Program-made: the position numbers and the translations under genes
Assembly: GCA_951406725.2 (NCBI GenBank)
Contig: OX597814.1
Location: 168,950,001-169,014,000 of the forward strand
Direction: 5' to 3'
DNA from: Octopus vulgaris
Lineage: Eukaryota
Length of the DNA: 64,000 nt
Part shown: positions 38,978 to 52,980 of the stretch, piece by piece
Layout of the letters: every line of letters begins with the position of its first letter
Position numbering within the stretch: the stretch's first letter is position 1
The notes under the pieces: generated by a model
What the model saw: only the letters and a program-made list of their open reading frames with translations
Databases searched by the model: none
What the model was told of the DNA's origin: nothing

Positions 38978-40184
38978 AACTGTATAATGTAAAATCCTTA
39001 AGAGTTTGTGCTTATCTTTAGTTTTCTGAAGCTGTTGTGGGCTCCCAGCTATTAAAAAGATGAGAGCTCAAGTGATCTGCTAAATAATCAAATAAAATCA
39101 AAACAAATTGGTTTATCTTTCATTCCTTCCACTGTTAATAGCATAACTATCAGTCTACAAGTCCTGGGTTCAATTTACTCCCAAGCTTTTGGATGTGGGA
39201 CTCCAGCATCAACAAAGTCCATTGACTGAAAGCAATAACTGAACAAACTTTTATGTAGTCCGTGTCCCCACTGCTAAAGATAACAACTAAATCTTCTTCA
39301 AACCACACCCTCCCATCTAAAACAAAGACACATTGAATAATGTAGTCCTAGCTGCACTATATATAACCAAAATAAAAAAGAATAAAGGATGGTCAAGAGA
39401 TCTATATTATTTGGTCATGTAGATCCCTTGGAGCAGGGCTCACTTGTTAAACCGCAGCAACCAGTAAAAGAACTCTAAAAGTCTAACTAAATAAGCTACA
39501 ACTAATGAGGTTGCTTTTGTTGAATTTCTTATGGTTTAGTTGGAAGGCAGCACCCTTTACCTTTTTCAGAAGCTCCGAGAGAGAGAGAGAGAGAGAGAGA
39601 CTGACAGACTGAAATTAGGTGAGGTGGGGGAGAGAAACAAAAGACCATTCCAAATATTTATAACAAAATGGACTCTGCAAAAGACACCCTTGAGTCTGGT
39701 GGTGGTATTAAATCAGGTGAAAGATCAAGTCAAAACATGATAAGAAATAATGAGAGAATTTCACTTCAAAATGTCTAATTATGTAATCATTGATAAGCAA
39801 TTTCAAAATACAAAAGATATAATTATTGCAAAACAAAACAAAAGAAGATAAACTGAACAAATATTAAATGTAAAAATACAAGAAAAAGAACCCCCCATTA
39901 AATTGTGTATAAAATAATAATCGCTTATTTAAAATGTCCTATTTTATTATATCAAAGCAGTAAATCAATGGAAATTAGGACATAAATGAAACCTAATTTG
40001 TGCTACGATGAGGATATGAAAAATATTTTTGCATTAAAAAGGAAATCAACTCTGGAATGCAAAAGCCAGTGTTAGAGGAGAGGGAGGTATTTTTAGCATC
40101 AGACCTTTACATTTGATACATAAATTTTATCCTTAACGAGTAAGATTTTTCCTATTTTTTTTTCCCACTTCAATGATACAAGGG

Positions 40185-40435
40185 TCAACTCAAAGCAACA
40201 CTGAGAGCAACTGAAATTGAGTCTAAACTGTTTGAAACACAAGCTCAAGACCATACCAAGTGGACGTGTTCCATCACCATCAGACCCAAAAACTTTGAAG
40301 CCTTCAGAAGAGAAATGGAAAGAAATCAAATGACAGGAGGGAAAGGTTTGACACAAATCAACCTCATCCTTCACCAACATTACCATGCAGTCAATGCCAT
40401 TGACCCTTCAGTGCAAGAACTGGTCTACAGTCAAT
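40185..40435 (+). mobile_element. RTE LINE C-terminal remnant
   Basis: LKATLRATEIESKLFETQAQDHTKW...FEAFRR then PCSQCH*PFSARTGLQS (AQDRxxW and terminal C2H2-like motif). Confidence 0.75.
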
Positions 40436-41974
40436 AATGACGTCACCATAAAGGAAGCATTCAGCAAAGAAGAAACTAAATTCTTGGATTCAAGATAAAG
40501 CCAACAACATTGTACAATGTAGCTGCTGCCAAAAATTCATAGACCTATAAGTTTCATCACATACTTCATGAGAATGTTCTAGTGTCAAGTTTCTTTTCTT
40601 TTTTTTAAAATTCAAATTCAAAGGACATGTCTAAAGGTAATCAAATTTATTTCCGATTTAATAACATTATTATTATTATTTTTTTTTTGCAGTATAAAAC
40701 AGTGTGAGTTAATCCATTACAGAATTTATAAGGTGGGAAGCTTAACCCCACTTTCCAAAAGTTAAGTCGATAAAAGATCTCCTCCCCCCTTGCTAAGGAC
40801 TACAGACAATCACTAGATGCTTATTTTGCTAGACAGGTGAACTGAGACAATCAATGCAGAATTAAATGTCTGCTAGAAACACTTTTTAAGTCAGCAATCT
40901 AATATCTTATCCACCCTACCATTGTTCCACCCCACTAAGTAGTTTTTAAAGAATAATGCTTTGAGAGATAAAAATCAATGTTCAGGATAAGAGGATATTA
41001 ATCTCTCTCAGATAATAATATACAAATGAAATATTAGATACTGATACAACCGATAGCTAGTCGTGTAGCCCCCAAATGTAATAAGTCTATGATCAGCAGG
41101 CATGAACAAACAGCCTGTTATATTAGGGATATTATTAAATTACACTATTTAATGTCTTTCTATTTTAAGACAGTGGAGTGTACTTTGAGAGAGATTTGGT
41201 TGCCATTTCTAGAAGGGAATGCAACTATGGAGACACCTGTGGAGGCTAATTGAAATGATGTATGCTTGAATTAAAGTATATACTGCTCACACAGAAGCCA
41301 CAAAACAATGCCTGTAGCAGGTTTCAACTCAAGATCTATAAAAGCTGTACTAACTATAACCCACTAATCTATATGCATGAATATGGATATTTGTAGATGC
41401 TTTCTTTCAAATCCTGATTAAAAAATAAAAATAGAAATTACAATTCTAGGAGACTGAGCACTGCAGAAAGAAAGGATAAGCCCATGATTTAATACAGCTT
41501 TTAACTCTGCTTCAGTGTATGAAAATCGAGCTGCTTATACGAAGAGAAATTATGTAAGATATTCAATGAGATATATCTAGCAGATAATATTACTATAACT
41601 CAGTTAAGTCAGCTTACATATGTATAAAACACTTATTCCATTCAGAACATTTTCAGAGAAAGTAACGTTTTGAATGTGTGTAGGTGTGTGTATATATGTC
41701 TGCTTTCTTGCTTGCTTTTGTACATATGCATCAGAGCACATGATTGTAGCGTTTGTGTATATACATACCTGTGTTACCCACTCAAATCTGTGAATCCTAT
41801 CAGACAATTCCACATATGGACAACGGCCCATGTTATTAAGGAGTCAAAAGATCTACAGTGTGAGAGTCAATAGGAGTCAAGCATGGATGATTGTTGGCTT
41901 CTGTAAGTAACTCTATCATATGTTTCTTATCCCTGAGACTCCACTTTTACACAGGAAGATAGAAAGGGAAGTGA

Positions 41975-42775
41975 AACGTCACTGGAAACTCATTCAACAG
42001 CAGAAAACTGTAGGCTATCAACAGTAAGCTCAAACCTAAGCAAACCATAAGTTACAACAATGTAGTCTGATGGGAGTGTTCTGGTAGTTCACACTTCAGA
42101 AACCCTATAAGCCATCATTCGAGCTACTGTTACAACTTATAAAAGAATAAGTCTGACAGTTAACGTGCAGAAGAATGAAGTTAGAAGCTAAAGATACCCA
42201 GCATCCTCCCCATTCTCAGCACAGTTGCAACAACTATTTTGCAGTCAGTCACTCATCTTAACATACTGCACCCACACAGGACAAAGACACTGAAAACTAC
42301 CTACACAAAACTCTAAATCTAATGCATGGTTCAACAAAGGGATTAATTCTCAGTAACCATCTCCACCTTCATACCAAGGTTGATGTTTACAGATAGTAGT
42401 CTGTTTCCACCGCATTGTATGGGTGCAAAGCACTGACCACAGTCATCACAGGTGGTGAGCTGGCAGAATCGTTAGCACGCCAGGTGAAATGCTTAGCGGT
42501 ATTTCGTCTGCCGCTATGTTCTGAGTTCAAATTCTGCCGAGGTCGACTTTGCCTTTCATCCTTTCTAGGTCAATAAAATAAGTACCAGTTACGCACTGGG
42601 GTTGATATAATCGGCTTAATCCATTTGTCTGTCCTCGGTGTTTAGCCCCTTGTGGGTAGTAAAGAAATAGGTACCACAAAAGTCACATTACCAAGGACCT
42701 TCTATAGCGAGCAATACTATGGTCAACACAAGTATAGCCCACCTTGGAAAAGGTTCAAATACCAACTTAATAACA
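41975..42775 (+). mobile_element. RTE LINE reverse-transcriptase remnant, split by SINE B at 42451-42669
   Basis: Decayed GKL.N, LTVNVQK.EV, HTKVDVYR, STALYGC and FYSE..YG...KRFK.QL motifs in the expected order. Confidence 0.7.
42451..42669 (+). mobile_element. SINE family B
   Basis: Full head-core-tail. Confidence 0.9.
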
Positions 42776-44493
42776 CTTTGAAGAGGAACAATAGCAATCC
42801 TTCAATAATGTAAGAACTCATTTGCAATATGCATTAGCAATCTCACAGCACGGAAGGAAAATGTATTCAATACTATTAGAAAAGGAGTAAAAAAAAAACA
42901 CAACTATACTTTCCTATTTCCAGCCAAAGATTAACATACCCTGAATGTAGGTGGAACTTCTTGGTTCATCAGATATTATTTTCTAGAACTTATATATTTT
43001 TGTTTTTTAATTAGGACTTGACCATTTTGCATTCGGACCGGTCATATCCAGCCCAAATATTCTACTTGTTTTATGTTGAAACTGGCTAGACCCATCCTCT
43101 CACACTTACCAGACAATGTCATTCTAAAAATAAACAATCATGTCATTGTAATTTCAAAGCTGTGAGATAATGCAGGATTAATTCAGAACAATGTGAATAA
43201 ATAAACAACGCATTAGAAGAGGAAGAAATGTGAATGCTAAACAGTTAAAAGTGGTCTCTACAAATATAAGCAACATGCCTGTTTTTGTATATATGTACAC
43301 GAGTATATGTTGTGTGTCTACGTGATTTTGTAAATGTGTGTTCCAGTTTGAGTTAATTAAATTATGTAAGTATCTGCACATGTGCATCTGAGCAAGTGAT
43401 GTAATGTATATGCATGTCTATTTGCCTGTCTCTACATTTTTGTTTGAGTGCATGTACATGCCTCTGCACACATGCACATGTCTGCGTGTATTTGTGTATG
43501 TGTGTGCATGTGTACATTGCATATATTCACCCACTTCTAACATTCCACCACAGTGAGAGGTGCTGGTATGTTATGCGAAAGAGCAATTAAACAAAAGAAA
43601 CAAAAAGAAACCGAAAACCAAACCAAAAAAAAAAAAAGAATACCCCAGGGGTGGTTGGGGGGAAAAACATTTTGAATCTATTATCACTTCTAGAGGGGAA
43701 ACATTAACTGGTGGATCTCTTTAATGTCAGCAAGATGTCACATGTCTAAAATGTGAATAGGGGGGAAAGGGAGACAGTGTGCGTATGCTTGTCTGTAGCT
43801 GTGCGCATGTGCATGCACCCCACCTCACACATTTGTATGCATTTGTAAAGAAGCAAATTCAAAAGGAAAATCGTGATGTAGCCATCTTCTACATATTACT
43901 TGTTTACACATCTATGTCAATTAATACTGTTTACATCTAAAACAAGCATAAATTTCTTTTTTGATGTTATCTATCACATTGTGTGTGTGTGTGTGTATGA
44001 TTAGTTGTATATATATTTCTCTCTAGGGCCAAGAAGCTTTGATTTGTATTGTATTTCAACTGAAATATCTTTTTTAAAAATCAATAAATAGTAGGAATGC
44101 CATTAAAAGGAGAAAAAGTAGTTTTGTTAGTATAAATAGACTGAATGTTAATAAATGTTAAAAACACATTAAAGCTGGAAGGGTTGAAAAGACTATTATT
44201 ATCATTATTAATATCATTTAGGCGATGAACAAGCAGATTTGTTATGTTAGCACAGTGGACAAAATGCTTGGTAGCATTTCTTCTGACTCACTAAGTTCTG
44301 GGTTCAAATGCAGCTGAGGTTGACTTTGTCTTTCATCCTTTTGGGGTTGATTAAATAAATACCAGTTGAACATTGGGGTTGATGTAATTGACAAATCTGT
44401 CCCCACAAAATTTTAAGCCTTGTGCCTCTAGAAGAATTATTATTATCATTATTAGGCAATGAGCTGGCAGAATCATTAGCATGCCAGGCAAAA

Positions 44494-44890
44494 TCATCAT
44501 CATCATCGTTTAATGTCCGCTTTCCATGCTAGCATGGGTTGGACAATTTGACTGGGGACTGGCGAACCAGATGGCTGCACTAGGCTCCAATCTGATCTGG
44601 CAAAGTTTCTACAGCTGGATACCCTTCCTAATGCCAACCACTCTGAAAGTGTAGTGAGTGTTTTTACATGCCATCGGCAATGCGATACATAAAAGCACCC
44701 GACCCATGCAGTGTTGCATAGAAGCACCCATGCAGTGCCATGTGAAAACACCTAGCACACTCTGAATTAGTTGGTGTTAGGAAGGGAATCCAGCCATAGA
44801 AACTTGAGTCTGGTGTAGCCCCCTGCCTCTAGCTCTGGTCACACTGTCCAACCCATGCCAGCATACACAACTAACATTAAACAATGAAGA
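44494..44890 (-). mobile_element. repeat family C (minus) abutting a decayed plus-strand copy
   Basis: (CAT)n then the reverse family C 3' end; plus-strand GTTGGTGTTAGGAAGGG...AACCCATGCCAGCAT follows. Confidence 0.7.
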
Positions 44891-44899
44891 TGTGTGTAA

Positions 44900-45462
44900 G
44901 GTGGTGAGCTGGCAGGATTGTCAGCAAACTGGACAATGCTTAGCAGCATTTCATTTGCTGTTATATTACGAGTGCAAATCCTGCTGAGGTTGACTTTGCC
45001 TTTCACCTTTTCAAGGTCAATTAAAATAAGTACCAGTTGAGTGCTGGGGATCAATGCAATTGACTTACTCCTCCCCTGAACTAGCTAGCCTTGTGCCAAA
45101 ATCTGAAACCAACAATAGCACATGCCTGTAAGGTGACTGCCTTTTCAGGATCGAGGGTAACTTTGCCTTTCAAACACTTAAAAAAGATACCAGTCGTCAC
45201 TGGGGATGATTTAATCAACTCCCACACCAAAACCTGCTGGCCTTGTGCCAAAATTTGAAACCAACAATAACACATGCCTGTAAGGTGACTGGCTTTTCAG
45301 GATTGTTAGTAAGCTGGACAAAATGCTTAGCGGCAATTCTTTTGTCTTTATATTCTGAGTTCAAATTTCACCGAGATTGACTTTGCCTTTCAAACACTGG
45401 GGTTGATTTAATCAACTCCCACCCCCAAAACCTGCTGGCCTTGTGCCAAAGTTTGAAACCAA
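44900..45462 (+). repeat. tandem array of three family B-related SINE units
   Basis: Junction GCCTTGTGCCAAAAT.TGAAACCAACAATA.CACATGCCTGTAAGGTGACTG repeated near 45088 and 45240, indicating local tandem duplication. Confidence 0.8.
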
Positions 45463-46057
45463 TATTAACGCATGTGTGAGAGTACATTAGATAAGACAAA
45501 TTCCAGTTGGCTTATTTTCTCACCCCACCATTTTCCCATATCTTATGACAAGAAAAACTAACAAAATAGTCTCATTTTTTTCATAAGTGTTATTATTATA
45601 TTCAGGAGAAGAAGCAAGGGAAAAGGAAAATAAATTTTTCAGAAGTCAACAATTAAAAAAGAAAATACATAAATAAATAAATGCAGTTAAAATACCTATC
45701 ATAGTTTTGGTCTAAGTTTTAGTGGTTATAAAAAACCTACTGAACTCTAACTAAACTGGTCAGCTTATATTTCATTTGGAAGTATAACAGTGGTAGTGAA
45801 AGTTTCTAAAATCATGTATGTATGTATATCATCGTCATCATTTAACATCTGCCTTCTCATGCTGGCATACACACACACACACAGATACAATGATGTGCAC
45901 ACATGTATTATGTAATTAATACACACACATATATAAATATAATACATACATATTTACAATACACGTATATATATATGCACACACACACATACGTAAAATA
46001 TAAAACACCTATACATATATATTCACATCAAATGTATAAATACACACACACACACAC

Positions 46058-46113
<56 letters not shown>

Positions 46114-46947
46114 CACACACACACAACAGAGTACATCAGCACTAAAATAAATTGTCAATTTTCTAAAGCCTCACAAGTTAAATAAATAGAATAACAATAT
46201 AAACACATTCTTTCACTGCTTGTGGATGTGTAGGGAAAAATCTATTGAGTAGGATGGAAAATTGTTGCAGAAATTTTAATACCAAACCAGGCATCAACAC
46301 CTACCCTTCTTTTGAGGTGGATAAAGAGAATGCACAGTGACCTTTTATTTTGGGGGCCTCTTGAGATGATTGATATAACTGAAAGAGGTTGTGTGTGGTT
46401 TTGGTAATAAGCATGAATAATACTATTTTACAGAGAGAAAAAAAAAAGCTATGTAAAATATCCAGAGGGACAGAGTAATCTGAAGGATGATACATGCATG
46501 AGTGAATATGTTTGTTTGCTTGTGTGTGTGTGTGCATGTATATACGTAAGTGTATAGTAGTGTATAAGGTGAAAATATTTGATAGAAGCCGAGACTTTAA
46601 ACTTCCTTCACTACCAAAAGTGCCAATATTTCTGCTAATTCTGTTGTTAAACAGAAACATGAAACTCTTGAATAGTGGACATAAAGGAGCTTTAACTTCA
46701 AATAAATAAACCCTTTTTAATATATTGAGCAGTTTCTTCCTCTCATTTGTAAGTTATATATATGCATATATATAAAATATTAGGTAAAAAACCACCTTTT
46801 ATCAATTCAAAATGAATAGTTAAATTATACCATCTAGAAAATTACATATAATAGAAAAGTTAAAAATAAAATAACAATTAAAAAGAAAAGATTAAGTAAA
46901 TTACAAGAATAATATAATGTATATAATAGATAGAATAAAATATAATA

Positions 46948-46984
<37 letters not shown>

Positions 46985-47001
46985 TATATATACATATATA
47001 T

Positions 47002-47430
47002 ATCATCATTTAATGTCTGTTGTCCACGTTGGCATGGGTTGAAAGTGTTTGACCAGAACTGGTAAGTTGAGGAGCTGCATCAGACTCCAGTCTGATTTGG
47101 CAAAGTTTCTACAGCTGGATGCCCTTCCTAATGCCAACCACTCAGTGTAATGGGTGCTTTTACAAGCTACAAGCACAGGTGCCAGATGCATGAGACCAAT
47201 ATCTGCTACAACTACAATTTCGCTTGGCTTGATGGGTCTTCTACTCATGCATAGCATATTGCCAAAGGTCTTGGTCATTTGTCATTGCCTCCATGAAGCC
47301 CAATGCTCAAAAGGTGCTTTTTACATGCTGTGACCGGCACAGGTACTAGTTATGCAACACCGGCATCAGCCACATTACCTCCATGAGGTCCAATGCTTGA
47401 AAAGTACTTTTTACATGTCACTGGCAGTCA
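47002..47430 (-). mobile_element. repeat family C
   Basis: Reverse match including GGATGCCCTTCCTAATGCCAACCACT. Confidence 0.75.
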
Positions 47431-48394
47431 CAACTATATATATCAATGGATATCCATAAGTGAGTAAAAAAGTATACTCAATAAAAAATAAAACAGTTAT
47501 ATTTTTATATCATTGGTTATACCATATAACTGGTTTAGATACTACTATCAGTTTCATGCACTAGTACATTGCCAAGGGCGACAGTTGGCTTGAGACCACC
47601 AGTCACATTCTGACCAATTTTCAGCTATAACCAGTAATATACTGTTTGACAATATTTACATAAGACACTACACATTATTTGGGGTTTATTATTTTTATAA
47701 TAAACATACAAACATTATTACACCACACGAAAAATATAGTTTACGCCTTACTACCAAAGAATTAATTTAATAGACAGTCTGTACCTATGAATTTGTAGAG
47801 TTCCATTGTTTTCTCAGCAAAGATATACATTTTACACTTTATCAACATACAATTCACTACCTGGTGCTAAAAAATGGTTTCCCATTTGTACAGTAGGAAG
47901 TAATTTGAGGGAAATTTGGCTGCTATTTCCAGCAGATCAAGCAACTGTATAGTGGCTACCACATTGGAGTGTTGTGAGTTTGAATTGACATACTGCTGAG
48001 TATGCAAGCCTCAAAGAATAGAGGCCGTTATAATTGCTGCTGATGTCTAAGACAGTGGAATGAGCCCAGGTTGAAGATTGTAAAGTGTATGTGATTGCTC
48101 TTAATGAAGCTGTAGACCATTTGTCCAAAACAAGACAAGCAGTTTAGGTCCTTGGACAAAGATGATTTTACTTGCATAAAGATATTTCCAGAAATACATA
48201 GATGTGAATATTGAATTTGAATCTAATAAAAAGTAAAATAACACAAAAGATAATTATAAAATAGTGAACCATGGTAAATACCATAAAGTGCTTTTAAATA
48301 TCAAGTATCTGCCACTATTTATTTTCCATTTCCCAATAACAAAAGTCCCAGCCTATCCAAACTCTTCTGTTGTGGTTCATTGTTCTTCCAAGAT

Positions 48395-48670
48395 ATAAAC
48401 TGAGGAGTTGTCCATGAAGACTCCTCTGCAGATGACCTACTTCTTACTGCTGAATCACTAAGTAGGATTATAAGAATTAAAAAGGAAATTCCTAGCATGA
48501 AAACAAAACCTAGAATTGAGAGGCCCTTAAAGTAAACATTGCAAAGACTGCAATATTAGTTAGCAAAAAAGAAAGAAGACAGGATCCTGATACCATCAGG
48601 GAAATAGCCATTTGGTGCATAGAAAAGGAGTAAATAGGAATTCAATATGGTACAGCCAATGTAAACAATA
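48395..48670 (+). mobile_element. RTE-type LINE RT remnant
   Basis: Decayed CP.xLL.ADDLLLTAES, KQNLELRG.KVNIAKT, SGK.P...RKGVNRNSIW motifs. Confidence 0.65.
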
Positions 48671-49059
48671 TTGGATTTAGGATTCTGTAGCTGAGAAGCA
48701 AATTTCCTTCCAGGGTACGTCACTGGCTGGTCTGTTGCAGGTAGTTTTCAGTTTTTATTTTATTGCCAAGTAAAACTGAATTCAGCATTGCAACACGATA
48801 ATTTACTCATCAATTTATTCCAATCCAGTGTTGCAGTTGCTTGTGTTTAGGTGAATCAGTTGTACTGGCAGAACATTAGTGAATTCAAACCATTGGACAT
48901 AATACAGCGAAGGTAATAGGATAAAGACTGCAAAGCTCTCCTCTGATTGTTTAATGCTATGTACCAGTGTTTCTCTGCTATATATGATTTTGCGGGGTTA
49001 ATGCAAGCGAAAGAGTAAATTAGGAATCCACAGTAGTATATTTGTAAGGAATAGATTTT

Positions 49060-49450
49060 GTTTTACTCTATTACTTGTTTCAGTCATTTCACTGTGGTCA
49101 TGCTGGAGCACCACCTTTAGTTGAGCACATCGACCCCAGGACTTATTCTTTGTAAGCCTAGTACTTATTTTATCAATCACTTTTGCCGAACCGCTAAGTT
49201 ACGGGGACGTAAACACACCAGCATCGGTTGTCAAGCAATGTTGGGGAGACAAACACAGACACATAAACATATACACACACATGCATATATATATACGACG
49301 GGCTTCTTTCAGGTTCTGTCTACCAAATCTACTCACAAGGCTTTGGTCGGCCCAAGGCTATAGTAGTAGACACTTGCCCAAGGTGCCGCGCAGTGGGACT
49401 GAACCCGGAACCATGTGATTTGTAAGCAAGCTACTTACCACACAGCCACT
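49060..49450 (-). mobile_element. SINE family A
   Basis: Near full-length reverse copy. Confidence 0.9.
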
Positions 49451-50438
49451 CATACGTTGTATTTATTGCAAGAAACAGCAAAATTTCTTTCTTAAGTATT
49501 TTACATTGTTCAATCTACAGAAGTTAATGTGTGAAAAACTTAAGCTTATTTAATTGCTGTTCTGTTTAACCCCAGGTCAGGCTCAATGAAGCAAATCTAT
49601 AGTATAGCCTTTTACCATCTGTCTCTTTTTAATATGGTATACTATGATCTGAAAGAGGTTTAGTGATTTCTTAAATCAAGGACTGCATAAACAGTCTCTC
49701 GGTGGCTTGTGCAAAGCCCTGGAGTTAGAGGAAGCAGAAATGATCCCCAGCAGCAGCAACAGCCGTTCAAGAATTTGGACCTGGAGATCTCCATTTCCAG
49801 TGACTTCGAGGGCCACCTCCCAGTGGTGTTGGGCATCAACGAAGAGCCCTCGACTACAACAAGACCAAAGTTTTTTTTTTCTTTTTCCAAGGTCTGGGGT
49901 CTCCCGCCCCTAAGCCCTAGACCATCACCCTTACCCGTCTTGTTGCTTAACAACAACAACAACAACAGCAGCAACAGAATTCGAAACCAGAAATGTAAAA
50001 TATCAAACCGTATATTCTGAAGTATATTATTTGGCCTTTCTACCATCAAGGCTACCTACCAGTGCAAAAATTCACAGCACTGATAGAAATCTCCACATTT
50101 AAATCATCAATTTCTATATGTGGCCAAATTACAGAGAACAGTTGCAGAAGTAGTTAGTGTTCTCTATCACACACACACACACACAGTGCAATACTGACCA
50201 AAGGTGTGTTCAAGCTAGCATCACTAAATAACAGTAGTGTCAACAGCAAGTGACAGTTTAATTACAGCTGGCACAACATAAGCTACAGACAGTTCTGTAT
50301 AAGTCTATACATACTGCTGTATGATCTACTTTCTGTACTTACAGGCTGTACACCACAGTGTGTCTTAATGTGTGCGTGGTGGGAATCATCGTCATCATTT
50401 AATGTCCATTTTCTACGCTGGTATGGGTTAGATGAAAA

Positions 50439-50668
50439 GTGGCGAGTTGGCAGAAACGTTAGCACGGCGGGCAAAATGCGTAGCCGTATTTCGTCTGCCG
50501 TTACGTTCTGAGTTCAAATTCCGCTGAGGTCGACTTTGCCTTTCATACTTTCGGGGTCGATTAAATAAGTACCAGTTATGCATTGGGGTCGATGTAATCA
50601 ACTTAATCCATTTGTCTGTCCTTGTTTGTCCTCTCTGTGTTTAGCTCCTTGTGGGTAGTAAAGAAATA
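50439..50668 (+). mobile_element. SINE family B inserted in a family C copy
   Basis: 15-bp TSD GGTATGGGTTAGATG. Confidence 0.9.
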
Positions 50669-51014
50669 GGTATGGGTTAGATGGTGTGACTGCAAGGCAG
50701 CACTGAGGTTGATGAAAAAAAGTACCAGTTGAGCAGTGGAAGGGAAGGAGGGTCGATGTTATCCACTAGCCCTACCACTACCATATTTTTTATGGCTGGT
50801 TGCTTTTCCTAATGCCAGCCACCTTACAGTGTGTCTGGGTACTCTTTCTTTTGTACCGCCTGCACAACTGAGATCACCAGAGCAGAAAAGAATAGGAAAG
50901 AGACGGGGAGGTGGCTTTATGCTAGGTTTGTGTGTGCATAAACATAAAAACTACACTAATTAATTACCGTATATAAAACCCAATATTATGTCAAATATGC
51001 ACTCTTTTAGGTAA

Positions 51015-51051
<37 letters not shown>

Positions 51052-51208
51052 TCAATCGCTCAAAACTGGTTTTATTGTTCATGTTGCTCCATTTTATATC
51101 CAGTACTCTGATAAACAGATATCGATAAAAGTTAGATGGAAATAATAGCTGGGGTCTGTCTATATGATCGAACAAACAATTTAAGGTCATAATAGAATAC
51201 ATACATAC

Positions 51209-51271
<63 letters not shown>

Positions 51272-51274
51272 TTT

Positions 51275-51633
51275 TTTTTATTTGTTTCAGTCATTTGACT
51301 GTGGCCATGCTGGAGCACCGCCTTTAGTTGAGCAAACCGACCCCAGGACTTATTCTTTGTAAGCCTAGTACTTATTCTATTGGTCTCTTTTGCCAAACTT
51401 ATGGGGACGTAAGCACACCAGCATTGGTTGTCAAGCAATGTTGGGGGGACAAACACATATATATATATACAATGGGCTTCTTTCAGTTTCCATCCACCAA
51501 ATCCACTCACAAGGCTTTGGTTGGCTCGAGGCTATAGCAGAAGACGCTTGCCCAAAGTGCCACACAATGGAACTGAACCCAGAACCATGTGGTTGATAAG
51601 TAAGCTACTTACCACACAGTCACTCCTGTGCCT
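51275..51633 (-). mobile_element. SINE family A
   Basis: Full-length reverse copy, partly CpG-decayed. Confidence 0.9.
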
Positions 51634-51654
51634 ACATACATACATACATACATA

Positions 51655-52846
51655 TTGAATTGGCAAGAAAGTTTCATTTTTCACATATAGTGTTGTGATT
51701 TTTTAAATGACTTTTGTTAATGCTGTGATTTTTTTCCTTTTGACAATTGATAGCCATTACTTTTAGCTTACTTTAGAAGCAAATGCATGTAATTTTGTTT
51801 GCAGCTGTTAGTTCAGTGTCAATTTTAACATGGAGGGCAAAACGAACATTTTCACCATATTTCGCTTTTTTGTTTCCATAAAAGTAAGAAAGCTGCTGAG
51901 GCTCACAAAGAGATATGCGAAGTTTATGGTGTTGATTGCTTAACAGAATGCACATGTCAGAAATGGTTTTAAAAAATTCCATTCTGGAGATGTTTCACTC
52001 AAAGGTGACTAACGTTCTGGTTGACCTTCTTAAGTTGATGATGACAGAATCAAAGCCAGAGGTTAAATGTATCACACACAATTGAAAATCACTTAAAACG
52101 TCTTGGACTTGTTAAGAAGCTAGATATTCACTTAAAACAACGAATCAATATTTGCGATATGCATCTCAAACGCAATGAAATTGACCTTTTTTTTTTTTAA
52201 ATGGATCATCACTGGTGAGGAAAAATGGATTGTCTACAATAACATCAACTGAAAACGATCATGGTCCAAGCGTAATGAACCAGCACATACCATAACGAAA
52301 GCTGAATTGCATAAAAGAAAAGGTCATGCTGTCAATTTGGTGAGAATACAAAGTTGTGTATCTTGAGCTGCTTCCAAGGAACAAAATGCTCAATTCAGGT
52401 GTTTACTGTCAACAACTAATGAAACTGGAAGATGCAATCAATGAAAAATGGCCGGAATTGACAAATCATAAACGAATCGTATTCCACCATGACAACGCTA
52501 GACCACACACATCTTTGCTAACTCATGAAAAATTATTGGAGCTTGGTTGGGAAGTGATGTCACATCCACCATATAGCCCTCACCTTGCATCAACAGATTA
52601 CCACTCATTTCGAAGTTTGCAAAATTCTTTGAATGGTAAAACTTTCAATAATGGTGATGACCTGAAATCGCACCTGCTTCAGTTTGGGGCCAATAAGAAC
52701 CAGAAGTTCTATGAGCATGGAATCATGAAGTTGCCAGAAAGGTAGCAAAAGGTCATTGAACAAAATGGAAAATATATGATTGATTAAAGTTCATTCTTTG
52801 AATGAAAAAAAAAGACTTATTTCACATTAAAAAACAAAATTACTTT
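51655..52846 (+). mobile_element. mariner element, near full length; transposase pseudogene at 51830-52787
   Basis: TA|TTGAATTGGCAA left end; EHF.HI.L, CQKWFKKF.SGD, IITGEEKW, HHDNARPH, HPPYSPHLASTDYH.FRSLQN, KLPER.QKVIEQNGKY; stops and frameshifts; right TIR cut off by a family P repeat. Confidence 0.92.
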
Positions 52847-52848
52847 AA

Positions 52849-52980
52849 TCCTTTCTATCAAAGAGCATAGGCTCAAAATGTAAAAGACTTTCTATTCTTC
52901 CCGAGTGTTAAACTAATACACCTGCTTGTTGTTCCTATACCTGTATTCGTCTTTTGTTTTCTGTAAATTTGAACTATATA
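52849..52980 (+). mobile_element. family P repeat, copy 2 (CpG-decayed)
   Basis: CTTTCTATCAAAGAGCATAGGCTCAAAATGTAAAAGAC aligns with 26862-26899; downstream CTAATACA...TTCGTCTTTTGTTT also shared. Confidence 0.7.

Noticed and set aside
49660-50049. Overlapping ORFs in a GC-richer patch
   Set aside because: No recognisable domain or convincing splice pair; poly-Q/N/L come from CAG/CAA repeats.
52356-52745. 129-aa ORF as a host gene (SETMAR-like)
   Set aside because: Part of a broken mariner transposase; no SET domain or supporting exon structure.
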